Shown here piece by piece: positions 26,685 to 39,149 of a stretch of DNA of 64,000 bases (position 1 is the stretch's first letter; each line of letters opens with the position of its first letter). Origin of the DNA: Magallana gigas. Lineage: Eukaryota. Below the pieces are notes generated by a model, which did not search any database, had not been told where the DNA came from, and saw only the letters and a list, made by a program, of their open reading frames with translations. The stretch is taken from positions 14,880,001 through 14,944,000 of the forward strand of contig NC_088853.1 in NCBI RefSeq assembly GCF_963853765.1. The letters run 5' to 3'. The position numbers and the translations under genes are program-made.

Positions 26685-27027
26685 TTAGATATGATTAAAA
26701 TGATGGCGGTACCTTCCCGTATACGGCCAGTAATAAAAATAGTAAGTGTTCCTATATTCGTCGAGGACCACAACTGCTTGTATATTTGTACATTGAAGAG
26801 AGAAATATGAAGGAAATACGAAATTCAAGTTATAATGGGCCATTTTTATCAATAAAAAAAATGGTAGACAATCTATAATGCAATGTGTTATGAAAGGCAC
26901 ATTTTAAACAATAGAGGAATCGGTAATTTATAATCGATCAAAGGATTCCACACCTACCTTGTCTAGGGTTATTTTCCAAATTTCCGTCAACTTGACATAC
27001 GGTCGAAAAAATCCCAAAAGTAAGCAT
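26685..27027 (-). CDS. Secreted peptide precursor P3 with Tyr/His-rich mature region; signal exon 5'-altered
   Basis: Exon 1 26958-27027 (MLTFGIFSTVCQVDG-NLENNPRQ; the ancestral ATGATG is lost and there is a 1-bp deletion relative to P2; an in-frame upstream ATG exists at 27126). Exon 2 26685-26776 (tacaag|; AVVVLDEYRNTYYFYYWPYTGRYRHHFNHI*). Confidence 0.5.
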
Positions 27028-28261
27028 TAAAAATAAAACCTTATAGACACCCTCGCAGGCAGTCAGGATTACAATAAAAATAAACATCGACTGTATTAAC
27101 AAAAATCGACTTCTTATGGGAACCATATAACTAACCTAAAAGTGTCGGTATCCAAGAGAAATACATTCAGTAGCTATATATTGAAGTAATATTTGATTCA
27201 TTTTGATAAACAAATGTTAGCCATTCTTGGATTGATGTGTTTAAGAATCCAGTAAACATTATTAACTCCGCTATTTTTTTTACTTCTTTTTTGTTTAGTC
27301 TGATGTAGGACAAATGTACATACGCACAGTAATGTAACATACTTTATCGTACAAAAGACGGTTGATATTGAATTTTATATCCTTGGAAAACCAAATCTCT
27401 TAATTCCATAACCTGATATGATTTGTCAATGCTTATTGCATTTATTTAAAATTTATACTCAGACATATAGTACATGGATATCCATTTACATATGAGTACA
27501 AACTTCTGTTTATCATTTATATATTCATCGCATATCTAAGGCAGTAGATGCGGACTGAAGGGTTTAGTTTATTTTTAATTACAGTAATTACTAGTCTACC
27601 GCAGTCTTGGTTGCATTTGCTGTAAACTTCATTGTTGAAGGATCAATGAAAAGGCGAGGAGTATCGCAAAACATTATCGGATGGATTTCATGCAAAAATT
27701 TCAGCTGATATGACAGTTATAAATGGATCCAAGATGGCGGCAATGTGTACCTTGTGTATTATTTTGCTGAGTGTTCATATTTTTGTTATGTGGGAATATA
27801 TGAAAACGTCAAATGCCAGTGTATGCACTAGAATAAGTAAAAAAAAAAAGTAAAGTATATCACAAATGTAAGACACAGTTTATTGCTAAAAAGAATTTGA
27901 TTGGAATAACATGTGACGACATAGTTAAATATGAAATAAAACCAAAATCTAATTAAAATTGAAAATAGATTGGTTAGTTTGTAATCAAAATGTCCAACTA
28001 CATTATAGAAGAACATGTGTAGGATTTTCGTCTGCATCAAGATTTCACAGAAAACAGATTGTGTCGTCAGAAGCATCTTGTAGATTGGGTTGTTTTATGG
28101 CCATCGATCTCAAGGGGTTTTGTGGTACAGAACTTTGTTGTTGTAAATTATTTTTCGAAAATGTGTTCAGCATACAAAAAGGTGATATTTGATTGGCAAT
28201 TGGAGCCTTCGTATAATTACCATTGACATTACAAATCACTATACAGCTTCCGGGGTGTACC

Positions 28262-28974
28262 CTATGGTCTTGGTCGCCGCGTCCGACGAAACAGTCCATC
28301 AACTCCGAAAATACCATTATTTCTTATCATGGGATTCTTAATTTCAGCTCTATGAATATCTGGAATAATTCAAAATGTAATCCGTTGGTACGTTTTATGA
28401 TAAAGAACTTAAAATATAAATATATATATAAATATACATTTATAAGTGATCATTGAACTGGATGCTACATTTATGACTTTCATTTGCATTGTTGGTACAA
28501 TGTAGATCGTAAAATGTACATCATCAAAGTATCGTGGTATTTCAGAAACAAGAAATGAAAATGGTTCGGGCTAATAGTTTGTTCTGCTTCTGAATGCCTT
28601 TTATTCTTCAAAACATGTTTTTGAATGTCATGTAATATTCCAAAACAACCTATCCAGAGTTCTGAGACTATTTCACAACATTTAAACAATTCTTTTCTGC
28701 TTCATATTGAAATATTTAATTACTATGTAATAATATTTTTAAAATAATTATGGAAAAGGTTATTGTTGCTTTCGAGGGAGAAAACAAAATCATATTCTTA
28801 AATACAGCTTTAATAAGTACAGTTTAATTTGTAACCAATAAGATTAAACTGACAAGTAAACGCAATATTACCATTAGCTTGAACTGCCTCATTGACCAGA
28901 ACTCCTTCAGCTTGTTGAAGAGTCAGTAACATCCCAATCAAGGACACAAGAACAAAAAGCGTTTGAGGTTTCAT
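28262..28974 (-). CDS. Cg-Prp-like peptide precursor P4 (66 aa)
   Basis: Exon 1 28872-28974 (MKPQTLFVLVSLIGMLLTLQQAEG-VLVNEAVQAN, G|GTAAT). Exon 2 28262-28359 (ttattccag|; DIHRAEIKNPMIRNNGIFGVDGLFRRTRRPRP*). Upstream TATAAAAG near 29245. Confidence 0.8.
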
Positions 28975-29476
28975 TGTGAACGGCCGAGGTATAATAAAAG
29001 AAAAGAACAGACTTTGTCGATTTATAGTACTCAGCATGGGGGTTTTCATTGGAAAACCACAGGAAAGACGTAGAAGAAAGCTAATAAGTTGTTTAGATAA
29101 TAAACAGCTTTGTAATTTTTTTTAATGAACTCGGATAAAGATATCTCGGAAGGTGTATGTGAGTCGTGTAAATTATCATTTCCTGTATTTATTAAAACAG
29201 TATAAGGATATAATGTTCTATAAAAAAAACACGACTTCATTTCTTTTATAAAATGGCCCATCCCTTTTAAGAGCAAACCAATGATTGGTTCGACTCAATA
29301 CACCAATGGTCATTTATTTACAAGTGCGTATGCATGAACTGCTTTTTTTTTCAGATGGGAACCAATAAAACGTTAGAAGCATTTATTCTCATACAATTAC
29401 ATTTTTATCACTGTGAAACGTTGAAACGCTATTACTCATGTACTTTTATTATAAACTGATTAGATACGACAATCGG

Positions 29477-29479
<3 letters not shown>

Positions 29480-29556
<77 letters not shown>
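29480..29556. repeat. (AT)n microsatellite
   Basis: About 38 AT units; the paralogous position in copy B is the N gap at 51733-51892. Confidence 0.98.
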
Positions 29557-29560
<4 letters not shown>

Positions 29561-30329
29561 TAGTAAAAGAGTTTAGTATAATGAACTTAAAAAAAACATA
29601 TATTGTGCGAAGTAACGCCATATATATTATGACGTGCAGTCGGGTCCTTTTGACGTGAATAAACATTTTGACGGCAGCATGATAAACTTGAATTGCATTT
29701 GCCTTTGTATGTCATAACTGGCAACCATTGTTTTTATTTTGCTGATAGAGGCCGTCACTCTCCGTTAACGTATTATGTGTAGTATGTACACTAAGTTCAC
29801 TGAAATCTCGCTGACATTGTTAGACTTGATAATGACTAGATACAACATAAACACGTTTCCTGAGATTTTCTTTTAAAACAACAAACAGAGAGTTGATCAA
29901 TAAAACATTTTTGCTTAAAATGAGTTTCGCAAATGTAAATACCAATAAGCGCTTGGAATACATTATAAACACGTGTGTATCGGAGACTTTAAAAACTGTA
30001 TAAATGAATATTTCAATCTGTCGCGGCGGATGTCTTGCAAGGGATGATTCGAGTAATTCTATTATCATCTTCCATTTCACCATTAAAGTTATTGTGGCAA
30101 CGCACTTCGAAAGAAATTACGCACTTTGAAATTTGTTTTGAAATTTAGGACCAAATCAACGCACTTAGAAAACTTTATCAAAGTGCATTAAATTTTGGAC
30201 CAACTTAGCGTAATTTGAAAAAAAAATCAAAGTGCGTCATGAAGTTTTATTATTGAGGCACTAAATGCACTCGAGAAAATAAGTACAGATCACAAATTAT
30301 GTAATTCAATTTCTAATTAGTATGATGAT

Positions 30330-31060
30330 TTGTTAACACCAGTGAACAACATCTATGTAGTTTTTGGAAATCAAGTATTCAACAATTTGTTGGAATTCCA
30401 TGGGTACCAATTGTGCCTCATTGTTAGCAGACCTATTTTTGTATTCTTGTAAAGTAGAATTTTTAAAAACCATGTACTTTAAAACTTTAATCACTCGCTG
30501 TGGCCTTCAACTCAACATTTAGGTATATTGACGACGTATTATCAACTAACAATTGTTATTGTCATACATACAGCTGTACATCGACTCGATATATCTCAGT
30601 GAACTCGAAATAAAAGATACCACTGAGTCTGCGTCATCTATTTCATATTTAGAGATTATACTGGAAATGGACATTGATGGTAACAGAACAACAAAACTTT
30701 ATCATAACTTGATGACTTCAATTTTTCTAGTCAACTTTCCTTACTTATGTAGCAGTATACCTTCATCACCTGCATATGATGTTTTTGTCTCTCAGTTAAT
30801 TCGATACACCAAAGCATGTTTTTCGCATGAACAGTTTCTAAGACAAGACAAGCTATTGACAAACACGTTGATAAAACAGGACTAACAACTGTATCGTTTG
30901 AAGTCATCTTTTTATAAGTTCTATGGTCGGTACAGCAAATACAATCCTCCACTGGGTCGCATGCTGACTGACGTTTTTCATACTAATTGTTAGACCAAAA
31001 TTAATCTCATAATATTCTACAGACTTTTCCAGTTTTTTCCCCAATTACGACAAAGAGCAC
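30330..31060 (+). mobile_element. Penelope-like retroelement reverse-transcriptase fragment (decayed)
   Basis: Frameshifted translation VFGNQVFQQ.VGIPMGTNCA.LLADLFLY...AFNSTFRYIDDVLS...IYLSELEIKDTTES...VNFPYLCSSIPSSPAYDVFVSQLIRY (RT YIDD motif plus thumb region). Confidence 0.75.
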
Positions 31061-31551
31061 ACGGCTCTACCCACCATACAATAGAGTGCCTGTTCCATAC
31101 GCTGTACCATATGCAGATCCATACCAAACTCCTATTCCATGGGGGATGATACCTCAGTATCCCTTTTACCCATACTAAATTATGAGTTATGTTATGAATT
31201 GTCCACCATGCGGTCCACCGTTGCAGTATCATCTAAACATGATGCCCCAGTATGGTGTTGCTCCAGCACAACCAATGGCACAACAACCAACACAAAATGA
31301 TACAGTATGGGTTACAGCATCAGGTCAATGTTGCTCAACTACAGGATGGTAGTTTACCACCTACAGCTGCATATTTTATATAGGTTTTTTCTTTCCCCCT
31401 TTTTTTTTGCTTTGCGTGTAACAGAGCGAATTTCACTAAATGTTAGCTTTGCTTCTTGCTCTGTATTGCAATCTGTCGAGTTTTTAAAATGCTTAAAATG
31501 ATTGTTGTACGTTCCCGTCTTCGGTCGGTAATAAAAATAGTAAATGTTTTG

Positions 31552-31722
31552 CTATATTCGTCGAGGACCCCAACTATCTGTATATTTGTAAATTGAAGAT
31601 AAAAGGATAACATACCTACCTTGGCTAGGGTTATATTCCAAATTTCCGTCAACTTTACATACATGTACGGTCGAACAAATGTCAAAAGTAAGCAGACAAA
31701 AATAAAACCTAATAGGCACCAT
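31552..31722 (-). pseudogene. Degenerate peptide gene P5 (P2/P3 family) with a 42-bp intron
   Basis: Exon 1 31620-31722 (MVPIRFYFCLLTFDICSTVHVCKVDG-NLEYNPSQ; Asp and His fall in the hydrophobic core). Intron 31578-31619; exon 2 31552-31577 (DSWGPRRI*). Confidence 0.5.
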
Positions 31723-31857
31723 CTTAGGCAGTCAGCATTAAAATAAAAAGGAAAATAGACTGTATTTAAAAATATCGACTCCCTATGGGAACAATTTATT
31801 TAACCTAAAATTGTCGGTATCCAAGAGAAATACATTATGTAGTTATATTAAAATAAT

Positions 31858-32219
31858 TTAATTCTGGTTGTAACGCGCTTTCTGATTGGCTAAAAAAATT
31901 ATTTTATATCGTATAAAGAATGTGGCCTACGTCATAGTAAGACTAACGTAAAAAACGTATCAATACGCCTGACGTTACGTTTGAATTTTGTACAATCTTA
32001 CGTCATTTTAAAGGTCAAATGACCGTTTTTATCTACAATGAAGAGTAAAAACATTAAATTATAAGCAATGAATTCAATATGTATTAGTTTTATACGATAT
32101 AAAATGGTTTGAAACAGTTTACGCTTTTTTATAAACCGCTTCGCGGTTTATAAAGCGTAAACTGCCCCAAACCATTTTATATCGTATCAAACAAATACAT
32201 ATTGAATTCATTCCTTAAG
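31858..32219. mobile_element. ~360-bp non-autonomous repeat with ~150-bp terminal palindrome
   Basis: Arms aagcaatgaattcaatatg...tttataaaccgc / gcggtttataaa...catattgaattcattcctt (32063-32216). Absent from the paralogous site near 27180. Confidence 0.8.
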
Positions 32220-33302
32220 TATTTGTCAATTCATTTGATGAACAAATATTGACCATTCTTGGAATGATGTGTTTAAGAATCCATTTAACTATGTAAAAAA
32301 AAATGTAAATGTAACATACTTTATCGTATAAAAGTCTTTTGATACTGAATTTTATCTCCTTGGAAAACCACATCTCTTAATAACATATCCTGAAATTCCA
32401 TTTATTTGAAATATTGACTCAGACATATAGTACATGGAATTCTATTTACATATGAGAACAAACTTCCGTCTTCCCGTTATATAGTCATCGAATATCTATA
32501 GCAGTAGATGCAGAGTGAAGGGTTTTTTGGATTTTTTGAATTACAGTAATGACAAGTATACCGCGCAGTTTTGGTTGAGTTTTTTGTTAGTTTAATTATT
32601 AAGGAACCGATCAAAAGACGGGGAATATCGCAAAAAATTAACAGATGGATTTCACGCAAAAATTTTAGCTGATTTGACAGATATAAATGAAACCAAGATG
32701 GCTGCAATGTATACCTTGTGTATTATTTGGTTGAGGGTTCATATTCTTGTCATGGGGGAACATATGCAAATGTCAGATGCCAGTGTATGCACTAGAATTA
32801 GTAAAAGCATGTTCAATTGCGTAAAAAAAAATTAGACAACTAAAGTATATCATAAATATTAGACCCATTTTATTGCTAAAATGATTTTGATTGGAATACA
32901 GATAATAACATGTGACGACATAGTTAAATATGAAATAAAACCGAAAACTAATTAAATTTGAAAATAAATTGGTTAGTTTGTAGGCGCAATGTCCAACTAC
33001 ATTATATAACATGTGTAGGATTTTCGTCTGCATCAAGATTTCACAGAAAACAGATTGTATCGTCAGAAGCATCTTGTTGATGGAGTTGTTTAATGGCCAT
33101 CGATCTCAAGGGGTTCTGTGGTACAAAGCTATGTTGTTATAAATTATCTATCGAAAATGTGTTCCGCATACAAAAGGTGATATTTGATGGGCAATTTGAA
33201 CTTTCGTATATTAACCATTGACATTAAAAATCACTATACAGCTTCCGGGGTCTTCGCTATACAGCCTCCAAGGTCTTCGTTATACAGCTTCCGGGGTGTA
33301 CA

Positions 33303-33984
33303 CTATGGTCTTGGTCGCCGCGTCCGACGAATCGGTCCACCAACTCCAAAAATACCATTACTTCTTCTCCCGGGATCTTTCAATTCAGCTCTAGGATCAG
33401 CTGGAATAATTCAAAATGTAATCCGTTGGCAAGTTTTATGATAAAGAACTTAAAATATCAGTATATATCAATTAGTTATTATTGAGCTGGATGCTACATT
33501 TGTGACTTTCAATTGCTTCGTTTGTACAATGTAGATCGTAAAATGAACATCATCAAAATATCGTGGTATTTCAGAAACAAAAGAATGAGATGGTTTGGGC
33601 TAATAGGTTTTTCTGCTTCTGAATACTTTTTATTTTTAAAACATGTTTTTTGAATGCCATGTAACATTCCAAAACAACATATACTGAGTTTTGAGATTAT
33701 TTCGCAACATTTAAAAAAATCTTTTCTGCGTCATATTGAAATATTTCGTTAAAATACTTATGCAAAAAGGTTATTGTTGCTTTAGAGAGAGAAAAAATCA
33801 TATTCTTAAAGACAGCCTTAATGACTACAGTTAAATTTGGAAACCGAATAAGATTAGACTGACTAGTAAACGCAATATTACCATTAGCCTGAACTGCTTT
33901 ATCGCCCAGAACTCCCTCAACTTGGTGAGGAGTCAGTAACATCCCAATCAAGGAAACAAGAACAAAAAGCGTTTGAGGTTTCAT
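33303..33984 (-). CDS. Cg-Prp-like peptide precursor P6 (66 aa)
   Basis: Exon 1 33882-33984 (MKPQTLFVLVSLIGMLLTPHQVEG-VLGDKAVQAN). Exon 2 33303-33400 (ADPRAELKDPGRRSNGIFGVGGPIRRTRRPRP*). GT-AG, phase 1. Confidence 0.82.
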
Positions 33985-35299
33985 TTTGAACAGCCGTGGT
34001 ATAATAAAAGAAATGAACAGACTATGTCAATTTATAGTAATCAGAGTGGGGAATTTCATAGAAAACCCCCAGGAAAGACGTAGAGGAAAGCTAATAAGTT
34101 GTTTAGATAATAGACAGCTTTGTAATTCTTATGAATGGAATCAGATAGAGATATCTCGGAATGTGTAAGGGAGTCGTGTAAATTATCATTTCCTGTATTT
34201 AGTAAAACAGTATAAGGATATAGTGTTCTATCAAAAAACACAACTTCTCTTCTTTTATAAAATTGCCTATCCCTTTTAAGAGCAAACGAATGATTGGTTA
34301 GACTCAATACACGAATTGTCATTTATTTACATGCGCGTATGCATGTACTGATTTTTCTTTTTTTCAGATGGAAAACAATAAAACGTTAGGAGCAGATATT
34401 CTCATACTTATTTCTCAAAACAATTACATTTTTATCACTGTGAAACGTTGAAATCAGCTTTTACTCATGTACTTTTATTATTAACTGATTGGATACGACA
34501 ATCTGCTATATATATGAATTAGTAAAAGAGTTTAGTATAATGAACTTTAAAAAAACATATATTGTACGAAGTAACGCTATATATATTATGACATACAGTC
34601 GGGTCCTTTTGACATGAATAAAACATTTTGACAGCACCATGATAAACTTGAATTGCATTTGCCTTTGTATGTCATAACTGGCAACCTTCGATTTTATTTT
34701 GCTGATAGAGGCCGTCACTCTCCGTTAACTTTTATGTGTAGCGTGTCAATATGTTCACTGGAAACTCGCTGACATCGTTAGATTTGAGAATGAATATATA
34801 CGACAAAAGCACGTTTCCTGTGATTTTCTTTTAAAACAACAAACAGAGAGTTGAACAATAAAACATTTTTGCTTAAAATGAGTTTTGCAAATGTAAATAC
34901 CAATAAGCGCTTGGAATACATTATAAACACGTGTGTATCGGAGACTTTAAAAACTGTATAATTGAAAATTTCAATCTTTCGCGGCGGATGTCTTGCAAGG
35001 GAGGATTCGAGTAATTCTATTATCATCTTCAATTTCACCATTAAAATAATTGTGGAAAAGCATTTAGATAAAAAATTACGCACTTTGAAATTTGTTTTGA
35101 AATTTAGGACCAAATCAACGCACTTAGAAATCTTTATCAAAGTGCGTTAAATTTTGGACCAACTTAGCGTAATTTGAGAAAAAAATTCAAAGTGCGTCAT
35201 GAATTTTTATTATTGAGGCACGAAATGCACTTGCAGAAAATAAGTACAGATCACAAATTCTGTAATTGAATTTCTATTTTTTTTAAAGTATGATGATTT

Positions 35300-35512
35300 G
35301 TTAACACTAGTGAACAACATGTATGCGGTTTTTGGAAATCAAGTATTCAACAATCTGTTGGAATTTTCATGGGTACCAATTGTGCCTCATTGTTAGCAGA
35401 CCTATTTTGTATTGTTGTGAAGTAGAATTTATTAAAACCTTGTACGTAAAAAAAAAAAATAAATCACTCGCTGTGGCCTTCAACTCAACATTTAGGTATA
35501 TTGACGACGTAT
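35300..35512 (+). mobile_element. Penelope-like RT fragment truncated at the YIDD motif
   Basis: ...AVAFNSTFRYIDDV then an abrupt switch to unrelated sequence; partner at 52665-52878. Confidence 0.7.
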
Positions 35513-36338
35513 ATAAAACACAGGACGAAAAACAATCTTTAAGCATGTCCTTAAAGGTGGCTTAAATGTGGCGAAAATGAGGCTTAAAGGATATACAATC
35601 TTTAAGCCAACTTAGGTTTTTTTTTAATTACAGTAATGACAAGTCTACCGCAGTCTTAGTTGCATTTGTTGTTAATTTGATTGTTGAAGGACCAATGAAA
35701 AGACGAGGAGTATCGCAAAAATTAGCCAATCGATTTCATGCAAAAATATCATCTGAAATGACAGTTATAAATGAATCCAAGATGGCGGCAATGTGTACCT
35801 TGTGTACTATTTGGTTGAGAGTTCATATTTCTGTCATGTGGTGATATATGCAAACGTCAAATGCCAGTGTATGCACTAGAATAAGTAAAAGCATGTTCAA
35901 TCGTGTAAAAAAAATAGAGAACTAAAGTAGATCACAAATGTAAGACCCATTTTATTGCTAAAATGATTTTGATTGGAATACAGATAATAAAATGTGACGA
36001 CATAGTTTTATATGAAAGAAAACCAGAATCTAATTAAAGTTGAAAATAAATTGGTTAGTTTGTAGCCGCAATGTCCAACTACATTATATAACATGTGTAG
36101 GATTTTCGTCTGCATCAAGATTTCACAAAAAACAGATTGTGTCGTCAGTAGCATCTTGTTGATGGAGTTGTTTAATGGCCATCGATCTCAAGGGGTTATG
36201 TGGTACAAAGCTTTGTTGTTATAAATTATCTTTCAAAAATGCGTTCAGCATACGAAAGGTGATATCTGATGGGCAATTTGAACTTTTGTATATTAACCAT
36301 TGACATTACAAATCAATATACAGCTTCCGGGGTGTACT

Positions 36339-37042
36339 CTATGGTCTTGGGCGCCGCGTCCGACGAATCGTTCCATCAACTCCAAAAATACCATTACCTC
36401 TTTTCCATGAGATGTTTATTTTAGCTCTAGGATCATCTGGAATAATACAAAATGTAACCCATGTGTACGTTTTATGATAAATAACTTAAGATATCAATAA
36501 TCATCAATTAGTTATTATTAAACTGAATGCTAAATTTATGACTTTCAATTGCTTTGTTGGTTCAATGTAGATCGTAAAATGTACATCATCAAAGTATCGT
36601 AGTATTTCAGAAACAAGAGAATGAGATGGTTTTGGCTTATTGGTTTTTCTGCTTCTGAATGCTTTTTATTTTTCAAAACATGTTTTTGAATGTCATGTAA
36701 TATTACAAAACAACATATCCAGCGTTCTGAGATTATTTCGCAACATTAAAAAAAATTTGTTATGCTTCATATTGATATATTTTGTTATTGTGTAATAAGC
36801 TTTTTAAAATAATTATGCGAAAAGATTATTTTTGCTTTAGAGAGAGAAAAAAAAATAATATTCTAAAAGACAGCCTTAATGCCTTCAGTTAAATTTGGAA
36901 ACGAAATAGGATAAGAATGACAAGTAAACGCAATATTACCTTTAGACTGAACTGCTTCATCGCCCAGAACTCCTTCAACTTGTTGAAGAGTCAGTAACAT
37001 CCCAATCAAGAACACAAGAACAACAAGCGATTGAGGTTTCAT
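36339..37042 (-). CDS. Cg-Prp-like peptide precursor P7 (66 aa)
   Basis: Exon 1 36940-37042 (MKPQSLVVLVFLIGMLLTLQQVEG-VLGDEAVQSK). Exon 2 36339-36436 (DDPRAKINISWKRGNGIFGVDGTIRRTRRPRP*). Confidence 0.82.
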
Positions 37043-38005
37043 TGTGAACGGTCGTGGTATAATAAAAGAAATGAACAGACTATGTCGATTTATAGTAATC
37101 AGTGTGGGGATTTTCATCGAAAAACCCCAGGAAAGACGTAGAAGAAAGTTAAGTTGTTTAGATAATAGAGGACTTTGTAATTCTTATGAATGGAATCGAA
37201 TAGAGATATCTCGGAAGGTGTATGGGAGTCGTGTAAATTATCATTTCCTGTAATTATTAAAACGGTATCGGGATATAATGATCTATCAAAAAAACACAAC
37301 TTCACTTCTTTTATAAAATTGCCTATCCCTTTTAAGAGCAAACGAATGATTGGTTCGACTCAATGCACGAATGGTCATTTATTTACATGCGCGTATGCAT
37401 GTACTGCTTTTTCTTTTTTTCAGATGGAAAACAATAAAACGTTAGGAGCATATGTTTTCATACTTATTTCGTAAAACAACTACATTTGTATCACTGTGGA
37501 ACGTTAATATCAGCTTTTACCCATGTACTTTTATCATTAACTAATTGGATACGACAATCTGCTATATATATGAATTAGTAAAAGAGTTTAGTATAATGAA
37601 CTTAAAAAAACATATATTGTACGAAGTAACGCTATATATATTATGACGTACAGTCGGGTCCTTTTGACATGAATAAAACATTTTGACGGCACCATGATAA
37701 ACCTGAATTGCATTTTCCTTTGTATGTCATAATTGGCAACCTTCTATTTTATTTTGCTGATAGAGGCCGTCACTCTCCGTTGACGTTTTATGTGTAGCAT
37801 GTACAATATGTTTACTGAAATCTCGCTGACATTGTTAGACTTGATAATGACTATATACGACATAAACACGTTTACTGTGATTTTCTTTTAAAACAACAAA
37901 CAGAGAGTTGAACAATAAAACATTTTTGCTTAAAATTAGTTTTCCAAATGTAAATACCAATAAGCACTTGGAATATATTATAAACACGTGTGTATCGGAT
38001 ACTTT

Positions 38006-38783
38006 AACAAGTATTCCTTTTAAAGGAATGATCGGCAATAATGATATATAGATAGCTAGAAGCAATCAACATGATCAGTTTGATGTAAAATAATTACAAA
38101 AGAACTGTATTTTTACAAAATATAGAATATTTTGAATCTGTACACCCTAATTTTATCATTATAAACCGTCAACAAGTTTAATTTTGAAATAAATTTGCGG
38201 AAAGCCGTTCGAAAACTCCTTGTCTAGTTTTACATTTTTAACGTAATTATTAAATGTTAATATATTTTCTTCTTCTTCAGAATACTGGGTAGGTCTCTTC
38301 AAAGAGCTTAACACGTATACAAAGAAAGAGTTGTATTAAAATAATTTAATGCGACTGAAAAACATTGAATGCCATCATAACTTGCTATTGAGGTCGCATT
38401 ATAACGTAACCTTGATTATTCCTAGCTACTATTATGCAACATCAATAGATCGAGGTCAGTTCATGGAGCATCTTCTTATGATTGAGGTCAGATCATCAAT
38501 GTCAACTGCATTACTGAATGAATCTTTCGATCGAAATTCTTACACGCGTGAGACAAAATGTGCATTCTTGAATTAACAGGTCGAACTGTATTTAATGTAT
38601 GTTTGCATCTCTTAAGGTAAATGAAATGAAATAAAACTGAGTAAAATGTTATATAAATACTAAACCAAAGCTTCACGTTTTTATAATAACTACTTTATTT
38701 ATGCATGCGGAATGTGTGCGCACGTGGAAGCATTTGCCGGATGCCTCATATGAACACAATAGTGATCGGCCGAAGCCGATCAC
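38006..38783 (+). mobile_element. Full-length HINE-like insertion (~780 bp)
   Basis: Starts aacaagtattccttttaaaggaatgatcggc; ends with hairpin gtgatcggccgaagccgatcac. Inserted into the ttt|aaaaactg site that is empty at 29987, 34947 and 52304. Confidence 0.8.
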
Positions 38784-39149
38784 AAAAACTGTTTAATTGA
38801 AAATTTCAATCTTTCGCAGCGGATGTCTTGCAAGGGATGATTCGAGTATTTCTATTATCATCTTCCATTTCACCATTAAAGTAAGTGTGACAACGCACTT
38901 AGAAAAAAAATACACACTTTGAATATTTGTTTTGAAATTTACGACCAAATTAACGCACTTAGAAAACTTTATCAAAGTGCGTTAAATTTTGGACCAACTT
39001 AGCGTAATTTGAAGAAAAAAATTCAAAGTGTGTCATCAACTTTTATTATTGAGGCACTAAATGCATTTGCAGAAAATAAGTACAGATCACAGATTATGTA
39101 ATTGAATTTCTAATTTTTTGATAGTATGATGATTTGTTAACACTAGTGA

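Noticed and set aside
28810-29049. Longer N-termini (MKTPMLSTINRQ.../MKIPTLITINRH...) and read-through C-termini of the exon-1 ORFs
   Set aside because: The upstream ATG is not conserved in P6, the signal peptide begins at MKPQ, and a conserved GT donor follows QAN/QSK.
30553-30885. Intact reverse transcriptase or retron-like system
   Set aside because: Only short, frameshifted RT pieces of a eukaryotic retroelement are present, with no full ORF or endonuclease.
33184-33441. Plus-strand ORFs over the Prp exon-2 regions (also 21121-21336, 28223-28456, 46458-46759)
   Set aside because: Shadows of GC-richer minus-strand exons that have proper acceptors and a family motif.
34778-35150. Recurrent ORFs MIKFSKC.../MKISIFRGG... 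(29.8, 34.8, 37.8, 38.8, 52.1, 55.1, 56.0 kb)
   Set aside because: They belong to the duplicated non-coding upstream module. Lengths and frames vary between copies, one copy is split by a HINE, and no recognisable domain is present.
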